From the IMG/VR virus record IMGVR_UViG_3300037467_001807, positions 1 to 60,658 of that record: DNA of 60,658 nt; one strand, written 5' to 3'. The position numbers were made by a program, and so were the translations under genes. The stretch comes from a virus. Its lineage: Duplodnaviria; Caudoviricetes. The notes under the pieces were generated by a model, which saw nothing but the letters and a program-made list of their open reading frames with translations, ran no database searches and was not told the DNA's origin. Below, in pieces: positions 17,901 to 27,224 of this stretch (positions within the stretch are counted from its first letter, which is position 1; each line of letters begins with the position of its first letter).

Positions 17901-19726
17901 GCCGCGGCGTAGGTCCAGCGGAACATCGCGTCGTCGAGCCGGACGAAGGTCCCGCCGATCGCGTGCGCCCCGATGGTCGAGTGGTAGAGGCCGCGCCGCA
18001 GGTGCGCCAGGGTGTAGACGCCCGTCGAAACCAGCGTGGCGTCGCGGTAGGCGATCAGCTCGTTGTCGACGATGCAGAGGATGGTGGCGTTGTCCTGGTC
18101 GGCCTGTACGCCGGTCAGCAGCTGCGCCTCCGTCGTGGAGACGTCGACGTTGAAGGTGTTGACGTTGTCAGGATCGGAACCGCTGGCGAGCGCCGTGCTC
18201 AGCACCCCCATCCGGGCCTTGTTGTAGATGGAGCCGACCTGCAGGTACTCGCCGCCCCCAACGCTGACCCAGACGTGGCAGCCGCCCCAGTTGGCGTTGT
18301 CGCCGTTCGCCCCGATCCAGAGCTCGTAATCCCCGCCGGTGAGGTTCCGGTTCGCATTGATCAGCGCGAAGTCCGTCACCGAGCCCGGCGCGGCCTGGTA
18401 GTTGGCGGCGTAGCCGGTCGAGCTCGCCCGGGTCAGCGCCGCCGCGTGCGCGGATCCGACCAGCATCTCCTCGGCCTGGAATTCGATCTGGTCTTCGCCG
18501 TCGGCGCCGACCACCTCGTTGGTCTCGGTGATCCGGACGAGGACCCGGTTGAGGTCCGCCCAGGTGAGCGTGACCAGGTCCATCGGATCGACGAGGCCGT
18601 AGTTGTCGGCCGTGCGCCAGGTGAAGGTCTTCCGGACCTGCGATGTCCGCTGCACCAGCAGCTGGGCGACGACGGCCGCCACGCCGGGATCGCAGATCGA
18701 GTGCAGGGATGAGGGGCTCGGGTTCGGCCGTTTCCCCCATTGGTCGATGCTCGCCTGGTCCGTGCCGGGCACGGTCTGCGAGTTGTACTGGTTCGAGCGG
18801 TCCAGGAACTCGACCTGGACGTAGTTGTAGCTGTCCGCCTGGCGCTTGATGTTGACCAGCACCGGCGGGTCGCCCTCGGCGGCCGGCACGAAGTCGCTCT
18901 CGGTGAAGTCGTAGACCGGCGTCAGGTTCGGCGTCCAGGTGACGCCGTTGCCGGTGACCTGGGTATCCCCGTAGGGGATGAACTTCAGCACCCCTTCGGA
19001 CCACACCACGTCCGAGTTCGAGGCGGTCAGGATCTCGGTGATGAAGTCCGACGCGGCGCGCGCGCTGTCGAGCAGCGGCGAGAGCAGAAGGCCTGCGGCG
19101 AGGCAGTAGTTGCCGTAGTCGGTCAGGCTCGTCGAATCGAGGAGGCTCGCCGCCCAGAAGGGGATCGACGGGATGAACGACGAGAGGATCGTCGACGGGT
19201 TCGCGTCGTCGAGCCCGGAGACCCGGTCCGAGGTGTAGACCTCGAAGCTGTGGTTCGGGAGCGTGGCCGAGCTGTTCAGCGGGTAGTTCGAGGCATAGGC
19301 GATCGCGATGCCGCTGTAGCCGATCGCCTGGCTCGGGAAGTTGGTGGTCAGGTAGGACCACGTGGCCTGCCCGAACGCGCCGGTGTTCAGGGAGAGCCCT
19401 GCCTGCTGCAGCGCGGTCTGGGCGCCGTCGACGAAGACGCTCTGGTCCTTGTAGATCGACCGGACACCGAGCACCCGCCCCTCGCCGGCGCAGATGCCCA
19501 TGATGATGGACGCCGAGTAGGTGTAGCTGGTGACCTGCCCGCCGCCGCCCTTGCCGCCCGCGCTCTGGGTCTGCGACTGCGACTGGAAGCCGCCGTACCA
19601 CAAGAGGTTGGCCGACACCCGGAAGGTGCCCCAGCCGCGCGGGATGGGCCGGCCGGAGACGCTGGACTGGACGACGACGCCGTCCAGGCGCGTTGGCCCC
19701 GCGCTCGAAGAGTTGCGGCCACCCAT
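14978..19726 (-). CDS. Tail tip / central fibre protein (GTA-like) with six internal repeats and C-terminal Hint domain
   Basis: PIPRGWGTFRVSANLLW...GGKGGGG...YTYSAS N-terminus; YTLAHLRRGLY...FVRLDD; terminal C...TAEH...HNPKP. Confidence 0.9.
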   Translation of the reverse strand: MGGRNSSSAGPTRLDGVVVQSSVSGRPIPRGWGTFRVSANLLWYGGFQSQSQTQSAGGKGGGGQVTSYTYSASIIMGICAGEGRVLGVRSIYKDQSVFVDGAQTALQQAGLSLNTGAFGQATWSYLTTNFPSQAIGYSGIAIAYASNYPLNSSATLPNHSFEVYTSDRVSGLDDANPSTILSSFIPSIPFWAASLLDSTSLTDYGNYCLAAGLLLSPLLDSARAASDFITEILTASNSDVVWSEGVLKFIPYGDTQVTGNGVTWTPNLTPVYDFTESDFVPAAEGDPPVLVNIKRQADSYNYVQVEFLDRSNQYNSQTVPGTDQASIDQWGKRPNPSPSSLHSICDPGVAAVVAQLLVQRTSQVRKTFTWRTADNYGLVDPMDLVTLTWADLNRVLVRITETNEVVGADGEDQIEFQAEEMLVGSAHAAALTRASSTGYAANYQAAPGSVTDFALINANRNLTGGDYELWIGANGDNANWGGCHVWVSVGGGEYLQVGSIYNKARMGVLSTALASGSDPDNVNTFNVDVSTTEAQLLTGVQADQDNATILCIVDNELIAYRDATLVSTGVYTLAHLRRGLYHSTIGAHAIGGTFVRLDDAMFRWTYAAAQVGATLSVKLQSFNLFGNAAEDLSTVTAHNVVLNPGAAPVIDLTASGISGPGTTVYTWTDLVNFLAPVGQNAVVNSEFLTGGDPPTGWVAGTNNTGLTLTSSIVSTNSFRAAKGAITGTPASGKQFDAYTQDIAKPANFLTPVLPNDWVALAARVAYQNCTGVNLYAIFYDGSGAQVSAVSNGATGGANVNGDTVDPATYGLMTMVTQAPASAKWCQIVARALCNGAASPKLWVMQPEVVRLPTNATASTAVPPYTPGPSLRDATPNVITRSSSAPSGPNPGDIWVQLDSNGRTTGTATWNGSSWLTVATSNNITRSATAPSTPTVGDIWVQLDANSRVTGFATWNGSAWVVSGTTNIITTSATAPSTPTTGDIWVQLDSNGRITGSATWNGSAWLTASTSNNITRSTTAPSTPTTGDIWVVLDTNSRVTGFQTWNGSAWVSTSTVNNVTRSITAPSSPVAGDVWVQLDSNSRVTGVATWNGTSWVQTATNNNVTQSSTAPSTPTVNDVWIQLSGTTPIGVYVWSGTAWVLAGTQPNQNLLFNSTGQINDLTGWTNDATSHFVPAFDSQKGWGFLWSFGAASTFNAMHFFSDPVGSAIGSGVTFTIQAICDFVARSSGSIDLTLACYNSSDTFLGNASGSIAMTGGFVSGQFTTIASTDHVRVFFTMDNLVTSSSSSSAFIYKIMLEKGSQASPWNDAATNLPALIDPSSTKRVKATGSIPPSVPAQSFTYSSTTSSITISWSTITMYRSDGTTVTISSGSLAISSLSAGTTYKVYPYATDTGGSGPLTLGWATGGNGVGSPADAYPSADAFGASQMYLQNRIPLNGFSVATTSSGTGGGGGGGLGCLHPDQLVGNRRAAELAVGDVVKSPAGHTRIRHLTRKACSEWFAVQVDGGGEPVVVTAEHRFLLAAGGEVRAKDLRLGQLLATSGDHAEVTGLWLLKDLADLVCIELEAPHLYFVGPRELLCHNPKP
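16303..17101 (-). repeat. Six ~45-aa repeats in the tail tip protein
   Basis: N(I/V)T.S.TAPS.P..GD(I/V)WVQLD.N.R.TG..TWNGS.W at a 135-nt period; last copy diverged. Confidence 0.9.
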
Positions 19727-20157
19727 CAGTCGCGCACCGTGTAGAAGCGGCGCTCGCGGACGCGCAGCTCCTCGTGGGCATTGATGTCGTCGAGGGTGAC
19801 GCCGATCCCGATGTAGGCGTGGATCACCATCGGGTACTCCGTGATGATCCCGCCGTGGCTGAAGGTGTTGCCGAAGCGCCAGACCACGTAGTCACCTGGC
19901 AGCACCTCCGATTCCTCGATCTGCACGCCCAGGCGCTCGATCCAGGCGAGGTAGAGTTCGTCACGGCTCCGGATGTGCCAGTCACGCAGGTACTGCGGGC
20001 TGATCGGCTCGATCACGCCGCAGGCCGCATAGACCGCGATGGGGAAGCGGGCGCAGTCCGCGCCAGCGCCCTTCACCGCGGCCTGGTGGTGGTACTTGGT
20101 GCCGAGCCAGGTCATCGCCTCCGCGACGACTTCGGCCCGCTTTTCCGCGCTGATCAT
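19726..20157 (-). CDS. NlpC/P60 tail peptidase
   Basis: WLGTKYHHQAAVKGAGADC, PGDYVVWRFG..FSHGGI..VIHAY. Confidence 0.9.
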   Translation of the reverse strand: MISAEKRAEVVAEAMTWLGTKYHHQAAVKGAGADCARFPIAVYAACGVIEPISPQYLRDWHIRSRDELYLAWIERLGVQIEESEVLPGDYVVWRFGNTFSHGGIITEYPMVIHAYIGIGVTLDDINAHEELRVRERRFYTVRD

Positions 20158-21017
20158 CAGAACGCGGTTTCCGGCACCGGGATGTAAGGCTGGCCCCGGA
20201 AGTTCACGAGGTTGTTGAACTTCGCCGAGCAGGTCCCCTGCTTCAGGTCGCAGCCGGGGTAGGCCGTGAAGGTGTCGCCGTTCGCCGGAGCCGCCGGCAG
20301 GGGCTGGATCAGCTGCAGGTTGCCCGAGGCGTCCTGGCTCTTCACCGTCCGCCGCAGCCCGTTGTTGGCGCCCGAGGTGAAGACGATGGTGCCGAGGTTG
20401 TAGGTCCCGGCCGTCACCGCGAGGCTCGATGTCACCAGCGTCTGGGTGCAGCCGGCGTGCGCCGTGGCCGCCGCGGCGAACGAGGCCGGGTTCAGCGTGC
20501 AGTGCGTGTCGAAGAGGGCGTTCAGGCAGCTCGCCTGGTAGTCCTCGATCGGCATCTGCGTGTCGAAGAGCTCGGTCCACGACGCGATGGAGAGCGCGAC
20601 CGAGATGTCGCCGCCGTCCTGCAGTTCCGAGAACCGACCGGCGAAGCGGATGTAGCCGCCGGTGAGCGCATCGGCCCAGCTCGGCGCAAAGACCCGGTCG
20701 ACACGCACGTTCGCCCCGTCCAGGCCGTTCGCCTTCAGGAAGGTGATCAGCGCGATGCCGTTCACCGTCGTGCGGCCGTCGTCGCTGACGTCGATCAGCA
20801 GCGTGGAGACCTGCGCCCCGCGGACCTGCTTCACGCCACGGTCGCCGATGACCGGCCCGCGCACGAAGGTCTGGCCGCCGTAGGTCAGCGGGATGTCCGC
20901 GCTGGAGTAGCGCAGCACCGGGCCGCCGGCCGGCAGGGTGAAGGTGTAGAGGTCGGCCTTGACGTACCCCTGCTTGTTGAGGAGCAGCGTCTTCAGCGCC
21001 GTGGAAGCGGACTTCAT
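20157..21017 (-). CDS. Baseplate hub protein (DUF2163/BR0599)
   Basis: YQASCLNALFDTHC, YPGCDLKQGTCSAKFNNLVNFRGQPYIPVPE. Confidence 0.9.
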   Translation of the reverse strand: MKSASTALKTLLLNKQGYVKADLYTFTLPAGGPVLRYSSADIPLTYGGQTFVRGPVIGDRGVKQVRGAQVSTLLIDVSDDGRTTVNGIALITFLKANGLDGANVRVDRVFAPSWADALTGGYIRFAGRFSELQDGGDISVALSIASWTELFDTQMPIEDYQASCLNALFDTHCTLNPASFAAAATAHAGCTQTLVTSSLAVTAGTYNLGTIVFTSGANNGLRRTVKSQDASGNLQLIQPLPAAPANGDTFTAYPGCDLKQGTCSAKFNNLVNFRGQPYIPVPETAF

Positions 21018-21020
21018 GGC

Positions 21021-21683
21021 TTAGGGCTTGTCCGTGGTGAACGTGAGGCCCTTCTGCTCCCAGAGGTCCTTGACCATCTGGCTGAAGCTCAGGGTGTCGT
21101 CGTCGAAGTGCGCGACGTAGAGGAAGCCGCCGGTCCAGGTGATCGCCACGCCATTGGCCGGCGCAGCGTTGAAGGTGATCGTCCCCCAGGCGTTGATCGT
21201 GTATCCGGCGGCGCTCTGCAGCACGCCGTTGAAGTAGACGCTGGGCGCGAGCCACAGTGCGTAGACGGGCTCGACCGTGGCGTACGGCGTCCCCTTCCCC
21301 ACCTGCCGCACGAACTGGAAGGTCGTGGTCGCGCCGTCGCCGGTGGCCAGCGGCTCGGCCGTCACCGCGTTGTCGAACGGATCCTGGTAGAAGAACGTCG
21401 CGAAGCCGCCCTGTCGGCTGTTGTAGAAGCCCCAGAGCGACTTCAGCTCCTGCAGTGCCGGCCGGTCGCGGATGACGTTGTGCTGCAGCTTGAACTGGTA
21501 GAGCGGCGCGGAGAAGTAGGCCGACCGGATCATCCGGCCCGAGGCTGACTTCTTCCGGCCCGTCGACCAGATCGGCGTCTTCTCGACGGTGAAGTCGACG
21601 CCTGGCAGCTGCGGGAACACGTCGGCATCGCCCGTGATCGGGTTCGTGTTGACGACGCCGCGCGTCGGATAGGGGTACGGCAT
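21021..21683 (-). CDS. Distal tail protein (DUF2460-like)
   Basis: SASGR..R, F.YQDPFD, GDGATTTFQ, AAPANGVAITW.G.F...HFDDD. Confidence 0.85.
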   Translation of the reverse strand: MPYPYPTRGVVNTNPITGDADVFPQLPGVDFTVEKTPIWSTGRKKSASGRMIRSAYFSAPLYQFKLQHNVIRDRPALQELKSLWGFYNSRQGGFATFFYQDPFDNAVTAEPLATGDGATTTFQFVRQVGKGTPYATVEPVYALWLAPSVYFNGVLQSAAGYTINAWGTITFNAAPANGVAITWTGGFLYVAHFDDDTLSFSQMVKDLWEQKGLTFTTDKP

Positions 21684-24232
21684 CAGGCGGCCAGGTTACG
21701 GGCCTGACGCTGCGCGGCGCGCTTCAGGACGTTCGGGTTCTCCTCGATCAGCCGGGCGAAGGACTTCGCGTCGACAGCGTTGATGTGCCAGTGGTGGTGG
21801 GTGTCACCGCCGCCCATGGGTCCGGCCCCGCTGCTCGCCGATGGCCCGACGTTGCCGGCTCCGCTGACCATCTGGCGCAGCGGCTGAGCGATCGTCGCGG
21901 GCAGCACCATCTCCTTCTTGTGGAGGACGGTCGGCGCGCCGTCGAAGGGCACCTCGCCCCAGCCTCGCTCGGCGCTGAAGGCTAGAGCCCCGAGGAAGCT
22001 CAGCGCGCCGCCGTAGGCCGCCGCCGCCGCTTCCGGCGCGAGTTCGGGCCCGATGATCGGGATCGCCGCCGTCGAGGCGAACGCGGCCGCGCCGGCGACT
22101 GCGGCATTGTCGGCGACCTGCGCCGCAGCCGTCGTCGTGCTGGCCACCTTGTTGGTCAGCATGTTGACGAGCCAGTTCTCGACCAGCCGCTCGCCGATGT
22201 TGATGAAGGTCGAGAGGACGGCGTCGGCGACGTTCAGCATCGCCTGCTGGAAGGTCTGCGTCCCCTCGAGCATGCCCTTTATGCCCGAGCCGAAGGACTG
22301 CACGATCCCGTCGATGTGGCTGTGCCACTGCTGCCGAAGCTGGTCGAGGGCCTGACGTTCATTCGCCTGGATCTGGCGGTTGGCCTGCACATCGGCCGCG
22401 ACGCGCGCCTTCTGCAGGTCGTCCCACGCCTTTTGCTCGTCCCGGACCATGGCCCGAAACTCGGTGGTGTTCTCGGCGTAGTGGCTCTTGATCTGGTCAT
22501 CGGCCGTGACGCGCGCCGTATAGATCTCCAGCGCCGCCTGCTTCTGGGCCGCCGCCTCCTCGCGGATCAGGCCGAGGATCCGGGTCTGCGCGTCCTGCCA
22601 GCTGATCTGGTGCTGACGCGCGGCGTCTTGGGTGGCGCGGATCTCCTCCTGGATGGTCTCTATCCGCTGCCGCAGCTGGGCGTTGATGGTCGCGGTCTGG
22701 TCCGCGGCCGCCTGGCGGATGTCGGAGACCTCCTGCTGCAGCTCCTGCTTCTTCAGCTGGTGGGTCAGCTCGGCGATGCGGCGATGCACGTCGACGATGT
22801 GCCTCGCCGGGACCTCGCCCATGTCCTGGAGCTTCTGCCAGTAGGCCAGTTCGTCGGCGAGCTCGTTGGTGAGGAACTGATTGTGCGCGTTCTCGACGTC
22901 AAGGAACGCGGTCTTCTGCTCCTCCATCCACTTGTCGGGCGCCTTCTTGGCAGTTCCGCCGCCGAGCCCGTCGCCGGTGGTGCGGATCGGCGGCGTGTTC
23001 GCAGCGGCGGGCGATGCCGGGTGAAGGAGCCGCTGCTCCCACTCCTCGAGGCCCTTCCCGGAGCGCTGGATCTTGTCCATGTCGTCGCGCACGACCTGGG
23101 CCGCGGCGTGGAAGCCCTTGGACCAGTCCTCCGAGGCCGCGACGAAGTTGCCGGTCAGGATGTCGCCGAGGACCCGGCCGAACGTATAGGCCGAGCGGTA
23201 CAGGCCCTCGAAGGCGGCGTCGCCGATTTCCCAGAGCTGGTAGAGCTTCACGCCGAGGAAGGCGACGGTGTCGGCCACGCCGATGAGGACGATCCGCAGG
23301 AGGTCCATGACCGTCTTCGCGGTTCCGCCATGCTCGTAGGACTGGATGAAGGCCTTCGCGAGCTCGTTCACCCCGTCGACGATGACGGTCAGCACCGGCG
23401 CGAAGGCCTGGGCCATCACGTTGCTGATGCCCTGCATCGCGTTCTTGTTCTCATTGAACGCTTCGCCGAGCGCGGCCGCCTTGGTCACCGCGTCGTCGTT
23501 CTTCAGGTTGTAGGCTTCGGTCTGCCGCTGGACTTCCGCAAGCTGCTCGGCCGTGAGGCCGATGAGCGGCGCGACCTCGGCGATATTGCGCCCGAACAGC
23601 GCCATGGCTTCCTGGCTCTTGTTCAGCGACGGCGGCATCTCGGCGAACTTCGCCACCACCTCGTTGAACAGCTCAGCCGGCGTCCGGGCCTCGTTGATGT
23701 CGATGCCCAGCTGCTTGAAGGCGGCCGCCTGGCGGTTGATGGACGTGCTGGAGGACGTGTGCGCCATGCCCAGCGCGCGCTCCAGGCGCTGCGCCGCGCC
23801 CGTCACGCCATCCAGGCTCATTCCCGTGGCGTTGGCGATCGCCTGGAGGCCTTGGACCTCCGTGGTGGTCATCCCGAGCGCGAGGGCGGTGTGCTCCACC
23901 TTCTCGCCCGCTTCGCCCATCTTCTTGGCGAACTCGACGAGCTGCTCCACGGCAAAGGCCGCGATGAGCGCCTCGCCGATGCCGGTGATCGCTTCCCGCA
24001 GGGCCACGACGCTCTCGGCGGCGCCGGTGATCTGCTCGTGCGCCTCCAGGGCGCCCGTCCGCATCTCGCGGAAAGACCCCGTCGCCGCGCCACCGAGCAC
24101 CAGCAGCGCGTCAGTGAGCGTCTGGACGGATCCGCGAAGCCCGGTGAACTCCGCCTTCACCCCGTCGGCGCCGGCCTGGAATTCCTTGGTGTCCGCGCCG
24201 AATTTGACTGAGAGGTCGCTGCCGTCCGCCAT
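21683..24232 (-). CDS. Tape measure protein
   Basis: 849-aa Ala-rich helical protein; C-terminal SAERGWGEVP...LHKKEMVLPA. Confidence 0.9.
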   Translation of the reverse strand: MADGSDLSVKFGADTKEFQAGADGVKAEFTGLRGSVQTLTDALLVLGGAATGSFREMRTGALEAHEQITGAAESVVALREAITGIGEALIAAFAVEQLVEFAKKMGEAGEKVEHTALALGMTTTEVQGLQAIANATGMSLDGVTGAAQRLERALGMAHTSSSTSINRQAAAFKQLGIDINEARTPAELFNEVVAKFAEMPPSLNKSQEAMALFGRNIAEVAPLIGLTAEQLAEVQRQTEAYNLKNDDAVTKAAALGEAFNENKNAMQGISNVMAQAFAPVLTVIVDGVNELAKAFIQSYEHGGTAKTVMDLLRIVLIGVADTVAFLGVKLYQLWEIGDAAFEGLYRSAYTFGRVLGDILTGNFVAASEDWSKGFHAAAQVVRDDMDKIQRSGKGLEEWEQRLLHPASPAAANTPPIRTTGDGLGGGTAKKAPDKWMEEQKTAFLDVENAHNQFLTNELADELAYWQKLQDMGEVPARHIVDVHRRIAELTHQLKKQELQQEVSDIRQAAADQTATINAQLRQRIETIQEEIRATQDAARQHQISWQDAQTRILGLIREEAAAQKQAALEIYTARVTADDQIKSHYAENTTEFRAMVRDEQKAWDDLQKARVAADVQANRQIQANERQALDQLRQQWHSHIDGIVQSFGSGIKGMLEGTQTFQQAMLNVADAVLSTFINIGERLVENWLVNMLTNKVASTTTAAAQVADNAAVAGAAAFASTAAIPIIGPELAPEAAAAAYGGALSFLGALAFSAERGWGEVPFDGAPTVLHKKEMVLPATIAQPLRQMVSGAGNVGPSASSGAGPMGGGDTHHHWHINAVDAKSFARLIEENPNVLKRAAQRQARNLAA

Positions 24233-24306
24233 AACGCCTCCCTCCGCACGCTTTACGGTTGAGCTGATCGGGAGCAGTCTCCGCCCCCTCTTTGGGGAGA
24301 TGGATC

Positions 24307-24687
24307 ATGAGACTGCGTTTCGTGGCGCCGCTTGCCTTGGCGCTCGTTGCGGCCGCATCTGCGGCGGTCGCGGGCCAGATCACCGCCGAGCAGGTCGCAG
24401 CCCTGAAGGTCGGCGAGGCGACCTATGACCAGGTGGTCGGCCAATTCGGCAAGCCCACCACGGTGGAGACTTCATCCGACGGCAGCCGAACCATCAGCTA
24501 CGTGACGACCCACACGCACGTGAAGGCGACCAGCTTCGTCCCGGTCGTTGGTCTCTTCGCCGGCGGCGCCAAGGGATCGACCGCCGTCGAGCGGCTGGAG
24601 TTCGATAAGGACGGCAAGCTGGTGAAGACCTACACCAGAGAGACCAACGTCGAGTGCCACACCTTCGGCGGCTGCGGGACCAAGTAG
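24307..24687 (+). CDS. BamE/SmpA-like exported protein, moron antisense to the tail operon
   Basis: Signal peptide, LKVGEATYDQVVGQFGKP, SFVPVVGLFAGG, LEFDKDGKL. Confidence 0.7.
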   Translation: MRLRFVAPLALALVAAASAAVAGQITAEQVAALKVGEATYDQVVGQFGKPTTVETSSDGSRTISYVTTHTHVKATSFVPVVGLFAGGAKGSTAVERLEFDKDGKLVKTYTRETNVECHTFGGCGTK

Positions 24688-24688
24688 C

Positions 24689-24988
24689 TCAGCCCCAGCC
24701 CTCCGGCGCTAGCTGCTGCATCAGCTGCTCGAAGGTCAGATCGGGCTGCGTCGGCTTGTTCGCGAACTTCGGCTTGAAGCCTGCGGCAAGGGCCGCAGCG
24801 ACGTGCGCCGGCGGCCCCCATTTCACCCAGTGCCGCTGCAGGGCGTAGTAGCGGTGGAAATTCCAGGAGCGGGCTACGCCGTCCCAGTCGGCTGATCCGA
24901 GGCCGGCGAGGATCTCGCAGATGATGGCTCCGAAATCGCCGTCGAAGGGCTCCCCGTCTCCGTCTCCTCCGCCGGCTCGGGCTCCCCC
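24689..24988 (-). CDS. Tail assembly chaperone gpT part, reached by -1 frameshift
   Basis: Slippery CCG GGG GAG at 24982-24990; the -1 frame is open to TGA at 24689 (…WNFHRYYALQRHWVKWGPP…). Confidence 0.7.
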   Translation of the reverse strand, partial: GGARAGGGDGDGEPFDGDFGAIICEILAGLGSADWDGVARSWNFHRYYALQRHWVKWGPPAHVAAALAAGFKPKFANKPTQPDLTFEQLMQQLAPEGWG

Positions 24989-25296
24989 GGGGGCGCGGCG
25001 AGCCCGATCTCCACAAGCAGCGGGTTCACGAAGCCGCGGAGACCTGGGATCTCTGTCGACTTCAGCGCTTTCGCCAGCTCGGCGACCCGCGGGGCCATCT
25101 TCTCGACCGTGAGGTCATCCGGCTCGGCGTCATCCGGCGCGGAGCCGACGGCCACGATGCCGAGGAGCGCCCGGACGTTGGCCATCGGGTCGGCGCCGCC
25201 AAGCACCTTCTCGATGTAGGCCCAAGCCGCCTCGAGCTTCACGAAGTTGGGGAGCGAGACCTTGATGGCCTCGCCCCCGATCACTGCTTCCGCCAT
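24874..25296 (-). CDS. Tail assembly chaperone (gpG-like)
   Basis: Position between the tail tube and tape measure genes. Confidence 0.8.
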   Translation of the reverse strand: MAEAVIGGEAIKVSLPNFVKLEAAWAYIEKVLGGADPMANVRALLGIVAVGSAPDDAEPDDLTVEKMAPRVAELAKALKSTEIPGLRGFVNPLLVEIGLAAPPGEPEPAEETETGSPSTAISEPSSARSSPASDQPTGTA

Positions 25297-25300
25297 GCCC

Positions 25301-26041
25301 TTAGCCGCCGGTCGCGGTCCAGGAGAAGACGCGGCCGGTGCCGTCGTCCTGGGCCATGAAGTCCACCTCGGTGATCTCGTAGTCGTCCTGCTTGAACGGC
25401 ATCGAGAGCTTGGACGCGACGCAGTTGTAGAACACCAGCGTCTGGGTCTTGCCCTTGTCGGTGTTCGCCAGGATCACCTGGAACGAGGGGATGGAGCCCA
25501 TCAGCTGGTTGGTCACCGCGAGCGTGTTGCCCGTGGTGGTCGAGCCGTAGGTGTAGTTGAGCAGCACCGCCTTGTTCGCGTCAGCCGCGGCGAAGGTGTA
25601 GACGCCGACCGCGCTCACCGAGTACTTGCCCACCGCCTCAGAGCCCGCGGCCACCTGGGTCAGCTTCGCACCCGTGGTGGCATAGTAGACGCCGAGGTCG
25701 TTGAGGAAGGTGGCGCCGTTGGCGGCGGTGACTGTGTAGGTCGTCGATCCCGGCACGGTGCCGGCCTCGTTGAAGGCCGCCAGCGTCTCGCCGGTGGTGA
25801 CGGTCTGCCCGAAGAAGATCGAGTTATAGATGTTCGGGTCGATCAGGCCCCACTTGGCCTTGATGTCGATCTTCACCTTCCCGCGGGCGACGTCGAGCGC
25901 GAACTGCTTCGTGCCGTACAGCTGCTTGATGTCGCCGCTGATGTCGACGCCGACGTCCTGCAGGGCGCCGAACGGAAGCGGGTTGCCGCCGCCGACAGGC
26001 GTGGCCACGAGCTGGCCCATGCCGAATTGGTAGTGACGCAA
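25301..26041 (-). CDS. Major tail tube protein
   Basis: FGALQDVGVDISGDIKQLYG..QFALDVARGK, KLSMPFKQDDY; synteny; start uncertain. Confidence 0.8.
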   Translation of the reverse strand: MRHYQFGMGQLVATPVGGGNPLPFGALQDVGVDISGDIKQLYGTKQFALDVARGKVKIDIKAKWGLIDPNIYNSIFFGQTVTTGETLAAFNEAGTVPGSTTYTVTAANGATFLNDLGVYYATTGAKLTQVAAGSEAVGKYSVSAVGVYTFAAADANKAVLLNYTYGSTTTGNTLAVTNQLMGSIPSFQVILANTDKGKTQTLVFYNCVASKLSMPFKQDDYEITEVDFMAQDDGTGRVFSWTATGG

Positions 26042-26044
26042 GGC

Positions 26045-26266
26045 TTAGCCCTCCAGGCTGGCCGCCAGCTGCGGAAGCACGCTGACGAGGTGGTTGTAGG
26101 CGTCCGTGGAGCGGGACACCGGGGAGTTGAGGATGTGCTCGTCGAGCCAGGCCTTGATGGCGAGGTCGACCTTGGTCGGCTCAGGCGCGGGCACGGCTTC
26201 GGCGGCCGGAGCCTCCGGAACGGCTTCAGGCGCCGGCGCGGGCGCGTCGGCCTCAGGCTTGGGCAT
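26045..26266 (-). CDS. Hypothetical neck/tail protein
   Basis: GAAGGA SD, operon position. Confidence 0.6.
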   Translation of the reverse strand: MPKPEADAPAPAPEAVPEAPAAEAVPAPEPTKVDLAIKAWLDEHILNSPVSRSTDAYNHLVSVLPQLAASLEG

Positions 26267-26277
26267 CGCTATGTCCT

Positions 26278-26745
26278 TCAGGGGGCCAGGATGGTGATAG
26301 GCACGACGATCAGCCCCTGACCGTCGAGGTCGCCGGGGTCCTTCAGGACCTTGCCGTCGATGAAGCAGTGGTAGACGAGCCCGCCCAACGTGTTGCGCGG
26401 ATCGGGGAAGCCAGGATCCGTGGGCAGCGGCGCGAGCGCGGCCTCGACGGCGTCCATGATGGCGTTGTTGGTCTGCGCCGGGATCGCGTCATCGTCCTTG
26501 CCGGCGTTGTGATAGATGAACCACCACGCCGGCAGGCGGCGCTTGTATGGCTGGTTGGACACCTGGCTCATCGCCTCGGTGTATTCCGCCTGGCAGAAGG
26601 CAGGCTGCGCCGGGACGTCAGCCCAGAGCTTCAGCCGGCGCGACGAGAACTCGAAGCTCTGGCCGCCGCCCCAGGTGATCCCCTGCCCTCGCAGGAAGAG
26701 CGCCTGGTAGATCTCTTCGCGCGTCGGGCTCGGCAGGTCGCTCAT
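26278..26745 (-). CDS. Tail terminator-like protein
   Basis: NTLGGLVYHCFIDG...GDLDGQG..VVPI; synteny. Confidence 0.7.
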   Translation of the reverse strand: MSDLPSPTREEIYQALFLRGQGITWGGGQSFEFSSRRLKLWADVPAQPAFCQAEYTEAMSQVSNQPYKRRLPAWWFIYHNAGKDDDAIPAQTNNAIMDAVEAALAPLPTDPGFPDPRNTLGGLVYHCFIDGKVLKDPGDLDGQGLIVVPITILAP

Positions 26746-27224
26746 CGCTTCCTCATCCCCTCCACGACCGCCTGCTTCAGCCCGGTGGTGATCTCCTCCG
26801 CCATCTCGGCGAGCGAAGACTTCATGAACGGACGGGCGTCTTGATCGACACGGCGCTCGAAGGGCCCGACGCTGAAGGGATCGACCTCGCGGCCGAAGAT
26901 CATGGTCCTGATGTGCTGGCGGACCTGCTCGACGCCGTGGAAGCCCTCTTCCCAGAAGCGGGCGTATTTGACGTCGCCGGCGCTGAAGACCCGACCGAAG
27001 ATGCCCGTCCCTTCACGGATCGGGGCTTCCTCCTGGATCGACCGGGCCAGATCGCCGCTGCGCTGACCCAGGACCTGGCCGTGCAGCTTTTCGGTCACGA
27101 TGTGGCGCTGCAGCTTCAGGGCCAGCGCAGTCACCTTCGCCTCGAGCGCCGCCTGGACGTTGTCCGGCAGCATGTCGAAGCGGGCGACCAGCTCGCGATC
27201 GCCGACGAGGCTGGCGTTGAACAT
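26742..27224 (-). CDS. Neck protein (HK97 gp10-like)
   Basis: RSGDLARSI, VKYARFWEEG, RPFMKSSL. Confidence 0.75.
   Translation of the reverse strand: MFNASLVGDRELVARFDMLPDNVQAALEAKVTALALKLQRHIVTEKLHGQVLGQRSGDLARSIQEEAPIREGTGIFGRVFSAGDVKYARFWEEGFHGVEQVRQHIRTMIFGREVDPFSVGPFERRVDQDARPFMKSSLAEMAEEITTGLKQAVVEGMRKR

Noticed and set aside
14978-21683. Gene transfer agent
   Set aside because: The tail module is GTA-like, but the element has integrase, repressor, replication and lysis genes of an autonomous temperate phage
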